Shown here in pieces: positions 39,716-53,746 of a DNA stretch of 64,000 nucleotides. The notes under the pieces are model-generated. The model was given only the letters and a program-made list of their open reading frames with translations, was not told where the DNA came from and ran no database searches. Position 1 is the first letter of the stretch. Each line of letters begins with the position of its first letter. Made by a program: the position numbers and the translations under genes. The stretch comes from Camelus dromedarius (taxonomy: Eukaryota), in NCBI RefSeq assembly GCF_036321535.1, contig NC_087436.1, positions 21,206,001 through 21,270,000 on the forward strand, read 5' to 3'.

Positions 39716-42677
39716 AAGACAGAACCCATACCTGGAATTTCCCTAATAGGAAACATTTAGGATTGTTCATGGTATTACAAGGGTATGAAAGGAACCCTTG
39801 AGTTCATATGATGTACACATTTCATCTCAATACATTATTTCTAAAGAGAATTTCTCAGAATTGCAGGTTAAACTTTTCTGTCTAATAATTACTAGAACTT
39901 GAAATTTTTTTATCTTTAAGTATAGTTAAAATATATGTTCCTACAAGGAAGACTATTTGCTCTTGATCTAACCTCAACTGGGAACAGCCTGTCTCTGTTC
40001 TAGCCTTTTAATCCAGTGTTTTCCCAAAACAGTTTAGAAAAACCCTAAGATTCTAGGCGTTATTATAAGCATTCTGTGAACTAAATGGAAAAAAATACAT
40101 AGTTAGTGCTTTTTTTCCCCTAAAATTCTTTTCAAAATATATAAAATTATTGAACAGATTTTTGCTGCTAATGTTACAAACAATTTACATGTCTTTAGTA
40201 ATGTCCCATCACTTGAATTTCAGGTGTCACATTAAGGGTTCATTTCAAGAATGCTTGACTTTGGATATCTGTATAAATGAATAGGCAGCATCACCAATTC
40301 ACTGTTTCCTTAGATACCGTCTGCTCCATGAGTGCCAGTGTAGGAAAGAGCATGCATTCTATACATTTCAACGTAGAGAATTTAATCTCTATTGTCCTTA
40401 TAAACCAGGTTTTAATCTCATCCTGTTCTGTTTTTTTTTAATTGACTTTATCGATCCAAGCATATGTTAGATCTTGTGAACTTTTATGGTGTTCTATTCA
40501 TACACTAAATTCCAAGAGGTGCAGGAAATACTGCTGGAACTATCACATTCTTTCCTTAGGAATTGTTGCTCAGGCTAGGATGAGCCCCTGGGCAGGTAGC
40601 AAGACAAGAAGGAAAGGCACAGCTGACTTTTCCATTGTGAATGGGAGATGGATATTGTCAACTGGGACACTTCTGCTCATTTCTAACACTTAGGACCTAA
40701 GTACTTTAGAAATCCACTATCTGGTGGCTATTGAGATACTTCTACTGGAAGGTAAAAGTAACTTTCTGGTTTAGCGTTATGACATATAAAAGAACAATCT
40801 TATATTTTCATTTCCTTTGACTTTCTGAATGTCATGGTTTCCTTTCTAGTCTTTTCCCTTCACTTAACACCTACTCACAACAAATCATACTTTCAAATTC
40901 CCCTAATAAATGTCCTTTCCAATATTTCTATGATTATTTACTATTGGGGGGTAAAATAAAAGACTCTTTAGTATCTCAGAAAATAATTACTTTTGTAATT
41001 TGAAAGAATTCCCTCAACCACCTGAAGATGAAAATTGATGGCAATCTATACTCAGCACTGAGGATTTACTGAGGCTCTTACTAGTCTACTTACTGTAATA
41101 AAGAAAAAGTACTAAGTTAATAAAAATAATAAACCACCACCCATCAAGTTGAAAAATAGCAAATCCAAAAGCAGAAGTCAATTAATAAATATCTCATTGC
41201 CTTCAAGTTAGTGAAAATATGACTGATATTTAGTTTGCATTCTAATTCAAGGGCTGATGCAAATATTTTAAAATTAACTTATTCATTTTTAAACACTTTA
41301 TAAATTTGATTAATATTTTAACATTAATTAATTCAAGGACCCAATCATACTTTCCAAATGACTAACTTTTGTTTCTTCACAACATAGGAGAAATCTGTTT
41401 CTGCCTAAAGTCCATTAAAGACATACAACAAATTCATTGATAAAATTGAATCGCTAAAGAGAATTGTTTCAAAGAAAATAAAGCCACTAAAATGCTATTC
41501 ATTCCAAGTTTTGACATTCAATATTTGCTTATCCTGGCAGACGCTGCCTGGTTGTGCCCCCCATCTGTTGTCCCCTCTGCCTGGGGAAGGGGATTTTTAG
41601 CCAGGCCCCCTTGCACTCAGAAGAAAGGCTATGGTTTCCTGCCCCTTTCATGTCTGCGTGGCCGGAGACTAAGTTCTGGCCAACAGTTTGTACTCAGCAG
41701 TTTCTGGGAACCTTCTTTATGAGGCAGTTAGGCTGCCTCCTTTGCTGGTTCTCTCTTCCTTCCATCCCGCAGCTTGGACTGTGACTCTGCTGGGGGGCGT
41801 GGCTGGTGGGGGTGGAGCATCTTGTTCTATTGCGCATGTGCACCAGACCCAGGGGACAGTGGACCCGAGAGCTGGAAGGGACAGAGATCCCGAGGGCTCC
41901 AGGAACAAAGCTGCTGCAACCACCCCGGATTGACTCTCCGGTCTTTTACATGAGAAAGAAATTAAGTCCTTGTTAATTATTCTGTTACTCAGAGGGGACC
42001 CCAGTGCCAACTGATACACTCACCTGCTCAAATATAAATAACAAAGCAAGCACTCACTCTAGTTTAAGGGAAAACAAAAGCAAAAGACTTTTAAAAATTA
42101 AAACTGCCTTGAATTCTTAAACATCTGAAGTATTACTTTCTGGAACTACCTGATTTCTGAGAAACATATTGCTTACTACTATTATAGAATTCTTGTGCCT
42201 TCCAGTAGTTACAGCAAGACTGAAGTAAATCAGGTTTTAACAGGTCTTTGATCTTTAAGCCTTACCTAAGGATGTATTTTTGAAAGATTATGAAAGACCT
42301 TTGGTATAAGATTATGTCACCCTAAGAGAACTCTGACATAGGGCCTGGAGAAATGGATTATAAAATGCTTGAGTATAAAATATTTTCTTGCAAAGTTTCA
42401 AAACTCAAGTACATCTTAAAAGAAAAAAAACTGTAACACTTCTATGATTTTAACTAATTTCTGCTTTATAGATATGTATACTACATTTTGACCCTTTATT
42501 GCTTTTACACTTTATGATACTATTTTTAAAAAGCATTTTTACAAAGTTGTATTTTATTCTTTTAAGTAAATAAAAAAAAAGACAGAAGGGTAAGGTGTAC
42601 AGTTTGGAAGAAAGGTCTAGCAGGAGTGATTCAGAAGAGTGGCTCAGGAAGAGAGGTTAAAGGCAAACTCCACTCAC

Positions 42678-42801
42678 CGAGTCTTCACTGGACAGGTTTG
42701 GGTTCATGGGAACGTAATTTTCTTCACTGTCGTGCGAGTCACTGCTTGAAGTCGTGCTGTGCACTGAATCCGGCCGTGGAGACATGGGAAACCTGGAGGA
42801 G
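42678..42801 (-). CDS. GAB1: GAB1 exon 9
   Basis: tag|C...TCG|gtgagt. 124 nt encoding (D)[41 protein letters not shown], including a PI3K-p85 YVPM motif. Confidence 0.95.
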
Positions 42802-43002
42802 CTAGTCACAGAGATGGCCATCACACACATACACCGTGACCAAGATTCACTAGTTCACTTCCCAAATACAAGTCAGTGATAGTGTACATTCTTTGAGAAA
42901 TATTCAAGCTTATAGTCATACACTGTACACATTTATTACAATTAATCGCACACATTCAAATGCACAATGTGTATTTATAGCTATTTGTAAAGGGATATTT
43001 TC

Positions 43003-43227
43003 TTTTTTTCTTTAACATTTTCAATGTTTGATATAATTTTGAAAGGTTAGTTTCCATTTACAGTTATTAGGAAATATTGGCTATATTCCCCATGTTGTAG
43101 GATACATCCTTGAGCCTATCTTACACCCAATAGTTTGTACCCCCCACTCCTCCACCTCTATATTGCCCTCTGCTTTCTCCCCAACTGGTAATCACTAGTT
43201 TGGTCTGTGTATCTATGAATCTGCTTC
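43003..43227 (-). mobile_element. Short L1 3'UTR insertion in intron 8
   Basis: Reverse L1 3'UTR with a 17-bp TSD TGTAAAGGG(A/G)TATTTTC at 42986-43002 and 43228-43244. Confidence 0.85.
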
Positions 43228-43492
43228 TGTAAAGGGGTATTTTCGAGCATCAAATTACCTTGTGCAGAACAACAAAAAAGGTATTGCTGATGATGTGGGG
43301 GTTAAGTAGAAAGTCACAGATATAAAAAGAGTTAAGAATTCCTATTTTATCCCTATTTATATATTCCACATACAAAATATGAACTCGCTGAACACAGCTT
43401 TGGAACTGTGTACATTCTTTTCATTTCCCCATATACATTTAAATGAACCTTGATTAAATAATCCCCACGAGAAACTACCAAGTTTTCTAGAG

Positions 43493-43822
43493 TAGCAGGT
43501 CTCAGAAATTTCTAGACTCAGGAAACTTTTACACTCTTAGAAACTACTGGGAAGCCCGAGGCACTTTTGTTTACATGGGTGATAGCTACTGGGATCTAAC
43601 ATGTGATAAACAATAGAAAAGCATTTACAACACAAAGACACACTCCATTAGGTGTCACAATGATGTTATCAAATTTCAGGCCACCTCTGGAAAACTCCAG
43701 CGTACACTCACGAGAGGAGAGTGAAAAAGGCAAATGAGCTTAGTATCTCAGTGAAAATAGTTTTGCCTTCACAGGACCCCAAAGAGGGGGGCTTCCCCAG
43801 ACCACCCTCGGGGACCACTGTT
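43493..43822 (+). mobile_element. hAT Charlie1-family non-autonomous DNA transposon
   Basis: ttttacactcttagaaac...gcacttttgtttacatggg ... aatagttttgccttcacaggacccc...gggaccactg. Confidence 0.6.
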
Positions 43823-43877
43823 CTAGATATTTTCCATTATCATGAACAATCAAACTACGAATTTGATAAAGACTTAC

Positions 43878-43971
43878 TCTCGAGCAAAACTCCTAGTGAT
43901 AGGAGATCTCACTGGGGCTTGTAACTCTTCCCATTCTGGCAAAGGTTTTATTTCTAAAGGTGCTGGCTTGG
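43878..43971 (-). CDS. GAB1: GAB1 exon 8
   Basis: cag|CC...GA|gtaagt. 94 nt encoding (A)[30 protein letters not shown](D). Confidence 0.95.
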
Positions 43972-45666
43972 CTGCAATGAGAGAGAGAAAAAGAGATTTT
44001 AGTAGACAGACATTTGAAAACCAAAACAAGATCCTCTCTATTTCTAGTTACACATTAGAGCCACAGCACACCTAAGACCAGCTAGTTTCCCATGTGAAAA
44101 GAAGTTCACGGATGTTATATGGTTTTTCTAAGGTCACACAGCTAAAAAAATGAGTGGCAAAAGCTAAATCAGATAATGTTTCATGACTGCTGACTCAGTC
44201 TAAATAAAGCTTTTTATTACAGCTTGCTGCTTTTTAATTTAAGTAGCTATTTTATGGATATAAACTAAATGAGAATAAGAAAGAGTAATGTGACCCAGTT
44301 CCTTCAGTTATTTGATTTATACTATTCATTATTTCCTTATTTTATTTTTTCACTAATTTTATCCTCAAACACAGTGATTTAATTTTCTATGTAAATACGT
44401 TCCTAATCATTAACACAGAAGCATGAGTAATACAACAATACATATAAAATGATGTTTAGAAATAAACACAAAGCTTTGCTAAAACCAAAAACTGAGAAAA
44501 GAATTAATGACCAAATCTTAAATTAATTCATGTCTAGTCCAGAAACAAATAGAACAAAGCAAAAATTGTATCTCTCTACTCAAACTTAGCTCTGAGAAAA
44601 GGCCTTAATCAAATAATTACCTCAAATTTTTAGCTTAATTTAACCAATAATATAATTTAATAAATTGAATATTCTTACTAGCATTTATTTATAAGTGGTC
44701 TTTGCTCACCTAATGCATTACAGCAATAGACAATTACTCTTCTAGTGTATACCAAGAGCTCTTGGCCCTTAAAGTCAACATTCAAACGGTTTTTAGAAAT
44801 TAATGAAATGGGCAAAAGAACTAAAACAATATTGTTTGTTAATATTCACTATATTTTAGGAGACTATTTAAATATATTAGGTGAATATTTTAGTTACATT
44901 TCATCGACACTCTAAAGAAAAAATTTTCATTTTTCCAGGTATCCTTCTAGCCTTTGTCCATATATGTGTACTTTTAATCAACTATGTTATAATTACCTTC
45001 AAACTATAAAATACGTAGCCATTTTCAAGGACTATGTAGAATCCTTGGGGCTTATGACTAAGTATTTCTCTCAACTCAAATACAAAAAAAACTCAATGTG
45101 ATTTTCTGAAGACCACACTGATTTAAGTTCGACTTAAAATAATTTTGCCCATCTATCCACTTAAAATGGACATGTACAGAGTATTGAGCTAACCGAAAGT
45201 ATTTCTTGAACTCTTATGTTTTTACTTTTTTGAAACCCAAAGGCTAATAGCAATTCAGCTGCCAAATTCTAAGTAATGGCATAAAGTAATTAATCCACTG
45301 AAATGATTTTATATTCTGTCCCAGAACAGAGTACATGCATTATCTATAAATACAGGAGACAACTGGAACTCACAAGCAGCTCACAAGTTTAAAGAAAACA
45401 CTGTATTGATGTCTAAAAGGTTAAAGGAATAATACAAAAGGACAAGACTGAATATCATATATTATCAAATATTTAACATGCTGCTGTTAATGGCATGACA
45501 AGACTTATTGTGTATTATGGAAAGCATTCACTTTAGAAATTACGTGCTGGGAAGCTTATTTACAACAGCAATGGTACGTAAGACTTGTCTCCTTTACTTT
45601 AAAAAAAAATCACAGAATAAATAAATTCCCAACACCCCATCCAGCATGCGGTGCTAAAGTACATAC

Positions 45667-45756
45667 CCTTTCTTCTTGTAGCAAAGTCACCTATGGTTTG
45701 TGAATCAGTTCGCTCTAAACCATGGGGTTTGGGTCTTAAAATTTTAGGACTTTGAC
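45667..45756 (-). CDS. GAB1: GAB1 exon 7, the 90-nt cassette exon of the long isoform
   Basis: tag|GT...AAGG|gtatgt, symmetric phase 1, encoding (G)QSPKILRPKPHGLERTDSQTIGDFATRRK. Confidence 0.92.
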
Positions 45757-46440
45757 CTAATTGGTAAAAAGAAGACTCTCTTAATATAGTGTTATTTTTT
45801 AATGGGGAAAAAAATGGATTCTGTAAAAAAAAAGCAACAGAGCCCTGAGCAGAAATGTTAGATCTCAAAAGCATAAACAGAAGTTTGTTTGTGGAGACAA
45901 TTTCAGTCTTGTTACACATATCATTCATGCTCAGTACCAAGGGAACCAGGAAGCTGCATGCAACCATGTAATAAGCAAAGTATTATAAAAGATGGTAGGG
46001 TTTTAGTGGCATAATTGCCTGGTTAGTTGTTATCTGTATTTGGAGGAAGGGAGGAAAAACGTGTCATGTTAGTTATTCTTCTAACATGCCATAGAAAATT
46101 GGATCAAATAAAAAATTATGAAACCCCTGGGTCAGATCTCAAGGACATCTTTTCTTTGAAGTTTGGCATCTCATAAGAAAGTACCAAGGTCTGCTTCCTT
46201 AACTTGACAGAAGTGTTTTAAAAACTTCAGTCTGACTACTCCTTCACCTCTAGGCCAAAGCCCTTCCAGAGAAACTATTCGACCACGTCTCCTAATCCAA
46301 GGTCAAAACCAAGACCAGCATTTGTTTCCCCTGGATACTCAGTGGTTGCCCAGTGACACCATTTTGCAAGGATTAGATGTCTGGATTCTGGAACTGCTGA
46401 TTATCCAGCTTTAAGTATCTGAAAGCATAAATTCAGCTGC

Positions 46441-46492
<52 letters not shown>
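46441..46492. repeat. (TAT)n microsatellite, about 17 units
   Basis: Directly visible. Confidence 0.97.
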
Positions 46493-46663
46493 TTCATTTA
46501 ATCTCTGCTCCGTACAAGTACTGCTAAAAAGCCTTATGAAAAGCACAGGTTTAACACTCAGCAGTTTTCTCATACTTTTTCCCACTGGAAGCCTGGATGC
46601 TGGAGTAGCAACATCATTTCAATCAGGAAGTTAAACTACTCTATTCTCAATGGCACCAAATTC

Positions 46664-46694
<31 letters not shown>

Positions 46695-49600
46695 GCATTT
46701 ACAAAGTTGAGTCGACATCTACTAGATGACAGAATTAGAGCTCACTGATTTTTGCTGATATTTAGAAATCTACATGTTTTTTAAGATGCGATTTTTTTAG
46801 CTTAAGAAAACATGAAACTTCTCTAATCCTCTCAAGTACTCTCCAGGGTACTCCTTGATTTTCTTCCCAGAAATATACTGTGTTAAGTGAAATTTTTTAC
46901 AGTGTAATTATAAAATTTGCATGTAGTTTCTACTCCAGGCAAAGTTTTAAAGCTGATTTTAGGACAAAAGTCACAACATGAAAATGCTGCTTTGGTAGCT
47001 TTGTTTCCTTATTCTTTACATTTATTCTTTATATCCTCCCAAGCTCAATTTGACATTTATGTTCCAGACAGAAATGGAAGTGATACTTTAATAGCTCAGT
47101 ATTATTTATGAGGAGAGAAAGGAGAAAAAGTTCAAGGTGTAAGTACTTCTTTTCTACTGCCTGGAGTCAAATACTTGAATGTTTCTTTGACTGCTTAAGA
47201 AAAGTGTGAAAACAAAGAGTAAAAAATAAGAATACTAAAGGCAAAAATGAACCAGCTCTGGAGATACTGATCAAACTCTGATAGTCAACAGAGTATCTCT
47301 TTCACGCCTCAGCTTTTTAGATCCAAGGCAGTCACAAGTGGGCTTTCGCTAGATGAGGTTTGGACAAAGAAGGCAACAGGACGCATCTCATTTAGCAAAG
47401 GGCACTGACTACCGGTGAAATGCTCATTGTACTTTAACCCTCATGGGTTAAAACAGTCTCACCCCGGACTGTCAGTCTCTGGATCGTGTGCTCCCTAATG
47501 TGGAGCACAACTTGGTCCATCTTAACCTTGGGTTCAGGATCTCTCCCCTGAGATCCTTATCTGCATGTCTACAAAACCACCTGACAGGGATGTTCTGCAT
47601 GCGTTCATACCACATGTTCAAAACAGAATTTATCTTCTTCAACCCACCACAGACCTGCTTTGTTTCTTATACCTCCAGTTGCCATAGCAGATCTTTCAGA
47701 GAAGTTATTCTAGATTCCACTTTCTCTCCAATCTCTCTATTATCAATTTTACTTTCTGTTTATAATGACAATAATTTGTTTTTATTCCTCCAAGAAAAGT
47801 TAAAAACCTGCAAGCCTGAAATCCATTCTTCCTCTTTTAATGTGCACTTCACTTACCTGGTTTGTTTTTCTAAAAGTGATGAATTCACACTGTCTGGCTA
47901 AATGACATCTACCTCTCCTCCAAGTGCCCTCAAAATTTGTAAACATCACTGTAAGTACCCAAGTTGAAGGAGCAACTGAGAGCCAGGAAAGGGACTTTTG
48001 TTATGCCTTTCCGTCTGATCCGCTCTAAAGCAAGGCTTCAAGAACCCTGGATTTGGAAAACAGGGCAAAGCACTCTTTAAGTAAGATGCTGGACAAAAGT
48101 GTGGTTTTAGAACATTTTACATGAAAGGATACAGTTTTCTTCCTATAGTATCCTTAAATCTTAGAATGAGCTTTCTAGGGGGGCCAACCTGATTATGTTG
48201 TCTGCCTGTATGAGCCCTTTAACAGTGTGTTCAGAATAAAGCCCAAACTCATTAGCATGGATTACAACTCGCCCAGGATCAGACACCTGCGAGGCATTTG
48301 GCATTGGTTCCTGCTTTCATACTTTCCTCCCTCCCACCCAAGATGGAGCCACAGTCCCATCTGCCCCCCTTTTCAAAAGAACTAGAGTATGCTGCTTATT
48401 CTGACCAGGAGATCCTCCACCATCACTTAATTGCCACTCATCCTCTCAGACAGAGGAGTTAGTGAACAGTGCCAAGAGCTTACCTCAGCCACAGCCCCTT
48501 CCATGCTAATTATGATAATGTGTTTACTTTTCTACCTCTTCCACTCAATAGTGAGCTTCTTCAGGGAAGCTACGTTTTCTTCTTTGTGTTTTGAAACTCA
48601 AGACCTATCAGAGGGTACATCCTATAACTGACAGGCACTGCAGCCAGTTTGGGTGAACTGCAGTTCTCTTAAAGCTGGTGGTGTTTAAGCTGACTGATGT
48701 CATACTTTTTTGTTTGTCTTTGAAGAGAGAGAGAAAAAAAAAAGGCACTGAATGTTGTTTCAAAAGTTGATCATTCCAAATATGGTCAAGGCAGTTACGA
48801 GCTCATGCTTCAAAAAGCAGATGCGGTCCTTTTCGAAAAGTCCATATGCTGTTAAGTATTATTTTAACAAGTACTACTTACAAATATTCAACTCAAAGTG
48901 GAAAATTTATTTCCTCTATCACTATAGGTTTAAGTTGGCCTAAATTAGTTACTCATCTGAAGTTTCACAGATGACGTTATTATTTCCAGTAGGCACCTCA
49001 AAAATCAAGAAAGAAGAAAAGTAAGTCACAACATTATCCTCTGCTAATTCCAAGAAGTAATCAAGGTAGCACGCTGAAAAACCTTTACACTTATTTTAAT
49101 GGTCTCACTGTACAAAGGGGGCTATAACCATGATAGTTATATTGGAAGTGCAGGAATACTTAGGAAAAAAACAAAACCCTGCATGTAGACGCTATCCTAT
49201 AAAAATGCACCCTGGACTCATTTCCTTTAAACTGTAACACCAAACCAAAAACCTGACGTTAATACTTGTTTATTAAAATCTAGTTACATTTACTGGTATC
49301 ACTTTTCCATCTTCCCAACATTTATTATAGTATAAAAGTAATTTTTAAAAAAGCATGTTAATTTTTAGTCACATCCAAAACACTGCTTTAGAAGAGCTCT
49401 TGAAAAAATGTTCAGAGCCAAGATATAAAGATATCACTGAGATCCACCAAGGGAAATTCCTAGAGTGGTCTTCTGGGTGCTTCTTACACCCAAGGGAAGA
49501 TCCAGACCTGAAGATGCTTTAACCAAACTGATGTACAAAAGCACCAGAAGGAACCTCGCACTGCCCTTTAAAACCCAGTACAATAGCTGATGGTCAGAAC

Positions 49601-50549
49601 TACCGTAGAAAGCCATGAATGGATGAGGCCAAACAAAATATAAAGGCAGCATATTTGAGGCTTGAACAGCTGTTCTATCATGTTAGAAACAGACTGAACG
49701 GGCCTAGTTAAGTGCAGGGATTAAATCTGGTAGATATCTGTAAGGACTTATTTTTACAGAAGGCACCATATCTTATAGAAATTTCCCAAACTTTACAAAA
49801 GTACTCTTCCATTAAAGCAATCAGAACAGAATTTGTCCTGCACTTGCAATGACTCATTTGCTTTCCTAATATTTAATACAACACATGTAAATTATGTTTT
49901 TCCCCTATAAGAATATTCACAAAACTTGGTTCAGAACAAATACTGTTGTGACAGTCGTAGTATGGGTTAAAATATAGCCACCACTGTTGGGCAATGGGTA
50001 AATGGTCCATAAAAATACGTTCAATGTAAGTGTTCAAAACATCTGTGTATTTCTGCAGCTTCAATTACTCGAAAGTATTTGAAAAACTCATCTGTACTAG
50101 TAACTGCAGCAGCTGACATCTATAATTGGGGGTATAAACAAGACTAGAATGTCACTCGTTTACTGTAGACCCTTCCAAAGAAGACAATCACAGAAACCGG
50201 TTATACTGGGTGTTGAACTAGTTACACTGCGTTTTGAAACTAATCAAGCCATATATTACAGAACTAGGTTTGCTTATTATGAGGTTTAGTTAATAAGAGA
50301 CACTAGAATAATAGATTGAGTCATGTATCTGATGTCACAAGATTTGAAATTAAAACAGACTCATCAGATGCTATGCATAAGAAGAATTTCATGACCAAAT
50401 AAGACGTCTATTTTTACAGATTAATTTTTTAAGGGTAAACTTTCCGCTAGGATCTGAATTTGGGTTTTATAATTTGTTTTTCTTGAATAGCTGTAACTTC
50501 TTAAAGTGAGTTTGTACTGCACTATTAAGAACTTTCTCAAGCCTCCTTT

Positions 50550-50697
50550 CTTCTTTTTTTTTTTTTTTTTCAGTTTTTTTGGGGGGTGGTAATTAGGTTA
50601 TTTATTTATTTATTTTAATGGAGGTACTGGGGATTGAACCCAAGACCTCGTGCATGTTAAGCATGCGCTCTACCGCTTGAGCTATATCCTGCCCTAT
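50550..50697 (-). mobile_element. tRNA-derived SINE (Vic-1-like), long-tail form
   Basis: Same body as the other copies, with a 13-bp TSD TCAAGCCTCCTTT at 50537-50549 and 50698-50710. Confidence 0.88.
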
Positions 50698-51659
50698 TCA
50701 AGCCTCCTTTATTGTATCATATTTATTTTAAAAAGTAGAGTAGTACTAAAGAAAAACAAAAATTTAAAAAAAAATTACTATGACTAGTAAACTCTTTACT
50801 ATTTTGCTAAACCTATTCTTGATTTTGTCCAAAACTATGGAGGTATTTTATTCTGGGTACTTTCTCAGTTCTTTTCGTATCTAAACAGAGATACAAAACC
50901 AGTAATCTGGCCCATGAGCTCAGAATTGTCTTTCAACAGTTCAGTTAGTTTTTAAAAGACTGAGGAGAATCTCCAAAAGTAACCAAGGAAACTACTTTCC
51001 TCTGTTCTACAGTAAAGTCACCTTAGGTTGGTTTAGAGGATGAGGACAATTAATCTCTCATGTACTAGAATATATATACTTTCACTATAGTCATAGGGAG
51101 GTATAATTATATATATATATGCAATACATATAACCTGTAGTATACATGCCATATTATGATATAGACATAAGATAATATATATTGTAATACGGGGCATATG
51201 AACTCTGTCAGACCTAGATGATACTAAAAGCATATCATTATGATCCCAAAACTTTTCTAACATATAAATAGGGCTCTTTTCTGATTCTGCATTGTGCTTA
51301 CCACATGGAACCGTTCACAGTGAACTACACTGGGAATTTTCAAACTGTGTTCTGCAGAGCCTGATGGAAAGAAGTAGCAGGCAAGGGAGCAAAGCTGGAG
51401 GGACTCAGAGCTTCGTGCCTCACCCAGACCAGACCACCTCCATACTCATGTGGGACATCCAGATAGAAAACTGTTATGTTTTGTGTTAAAAACCAGTGAT
51501 CTGCTGCTAATGTACTCATTATGGGAAAATAAGAGAAGAATCCGTTTAGCATTAAAATGAAGATTTCAATGTTTCACAGAGTTCAGGACACTTGAATCTT
51601 AACCCTCCCACAACCTGGGGGCTCTATGATAAATCCACACATGTCCAAACATACTTTGG

Positions 51660-52370
51660 CATACTGTATGCAAACGAAAAAATGACTAATGAGGCCTAAA
51701 TAGATTTAAAAACAAATGAGGATAAAGAGAAACGAGAGGAAACGTGATCAATGGAAAAGCCTGGGATGCTCACACCCTTTCTGAAATAACCAACCCTGAT
51801 CAGGGCCCTGCTGCCGGGGCCACCTGGGTGGCCAGTGGTGTGACATGCAACCATCTTTCCAGCTGTGGGACCAGAAGGGAGTGTGTGACCCAACGACAGC
51901 CCGTCGATGGGCTGGCCCACCGTCCATGACGTGGCCTGGTGTGGCAAGACACATGAGACCAATCAAAGTCTCTCTGACCAATCTGAAGTGAGCAGATGAT
52001 GAATGAGGCGGTCCGCAGTAGGTATGGAAGCTGCGAGGGCCCATAAAAAGCAGCCAGGAGGTGGGATCTAAGCCACAGTGGGGCGCTGGAGGCCACCGCT
52101 CTCTGAAAGCAGAAACCATGTCAAGTAGAGGATACGGAGGAAAAGAAACAGAAAAGAAGGGGAGAAGGTAAGACTGAACCAAGTAGTAGAATCAAAGACT
52201 TCCCAGAGGACAGAAGCAGAGTGAGCCGGACAAAGTGACAGCCCCAGAGGAGCACCTCAGTTCCCAATAACGTTCTCTTTTCACTTACTTACTTAAAAGT
52301 AAAACAAAACAAAACTCATTTTCTTAAGAGTGAGTCTCTGTCACTGTCCCCTACAACAGGAACTTAATTA
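51660..52370. mobile_element. Probable ancient ERVL-class LTR in intron 6
   Basis: GC-richer block with ccaatcaaagtctctct and an LTR-like layout. The family is not resolved. Confidence 0.35.
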
Positions 52371-53442
52371 GGATTAATAGAAATGATCCCAGCAGGTTAA
52401 TGAGAAATTTACACAAACATTACATGCTTTAAAAAAAAAGCTACATCTAGCACATGAGATCTTTCAAATGTGCTGAATTCCCCGGAAATTGTGCCACGCA
52501 TCCCACAGCCAATATATTAACTAATTTGGTTGTAGAGATTAAACCACACTCACAGCATGCTACCACACAGCTGGCTGTCCGGGTTTTAACCACTCAAACC
52601 CAAATTTTGAAAACTTGGGTCCATATTACCAATTCGGCTGAAAATTTTCTTTTACACTGAGTTCTTAATGAACCATGCTACCTTAGAATTTAATGGTACC
52701 TAATGAAGGCCAGCATGAAAGAATAGACTAGAAGCATTTGTTTATACCCCAGCAAAGGCAGAATCATTTTTGAGAAGTTGTTATACAGACAGAATGGGAA
52801 GAGAATCCAAGCAAACCTTACTGCTCTTAAAGAACCATGTCAAGTGCATTAATAATCTCGAGTCTGATTTGACATCACACACTCTGGAGAAGAGGTTACA
52901 AAATAACAGCCAAAGGCCATATTTGGCTTGTAAAAGTGTTTGGTATGGTCTACAATGCTTTGCTTTGTTTTAAATAACTAAATTAGCTGGCAGAACTTAA
53001 AAATCAAAAGGCCATACATATAAAACTCTGTGTTTTTGACTTCTTTTGATAATCAGAAGAGTTTTCCTCTAGGGGCCCACGTTATTTTCACAAGTCCACA
53101 AAGGACTGTAGCCAGGCAGTAGTTACCCCATTTGGATGGGGCAAGGGCATTCCAGTTCCTCCTAATTATCTCCTGTTGCTCACCAATTCTTGGGAATATG
53201 TTAGTTGGTAACCTCTGCTCTAGAGATAGGAGACTGAAAAATCTCACCAGGGCATCAACATATGACATAATAATTAATAATCTCTAAGTAGCGATACTAT
53301 TTTACTTAAACAAGTTGTTAACTAAGGTAATAGAAAATACTTCCCAATTTCTAGTGCCGATTCTGTTTTGGATTTAACGAGAGTTAAATGCAGATCTAAA
53401 CTGGCAGCCCCTGACCCTTTTACCATGCCACAACCCCCATAC

Positions 53443-53746
53443 CTTTTCTGTCTGGCTTGAGGTTCCGATCCACGGGAGGTGGTTCACAGTCTGCAACAGG
53501 AACTGGTCTCCTGGGAGGGGTCTTTGGGCTGGACCTGAAGCCCATGTGAGCAGGAGGAGGAACTTGCATTCCAAATGAAGAAAAGTCAAATGTCCCTGGA
53601 GTCATTGGCACATAATTTGCTTCCTGAATTGGTTCTGTGAAGCTGCTGGAATGTTGCCGTGGAGGAGAGTTGGGATTCATGGGGACGTAATTTTCATCCA
53701 GTTCTTCACTTGAGACGCTTCCCACCGTCAATACGTTTTTGATTTT
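53443..53746 (-). CDS. GAB1: GAB1 exon 6 (Met-binding domain, two YVPM motifs, Grb2 [10 protein letters not shown] site)
   Basis: tag|AAA ATC...AAA G|gtatgg, 304 nt. Confidence 0.97.

Noticed and set aside
47851..47950. Perfect donor CCAG|gtaagt in GAB1 intron 6
   Set aside because: The nearby acceptors I checked give 13, 41 or 92 nt with short pyrimidine tracts and no convincing peptide. Isolated consensus donors are common in introns.
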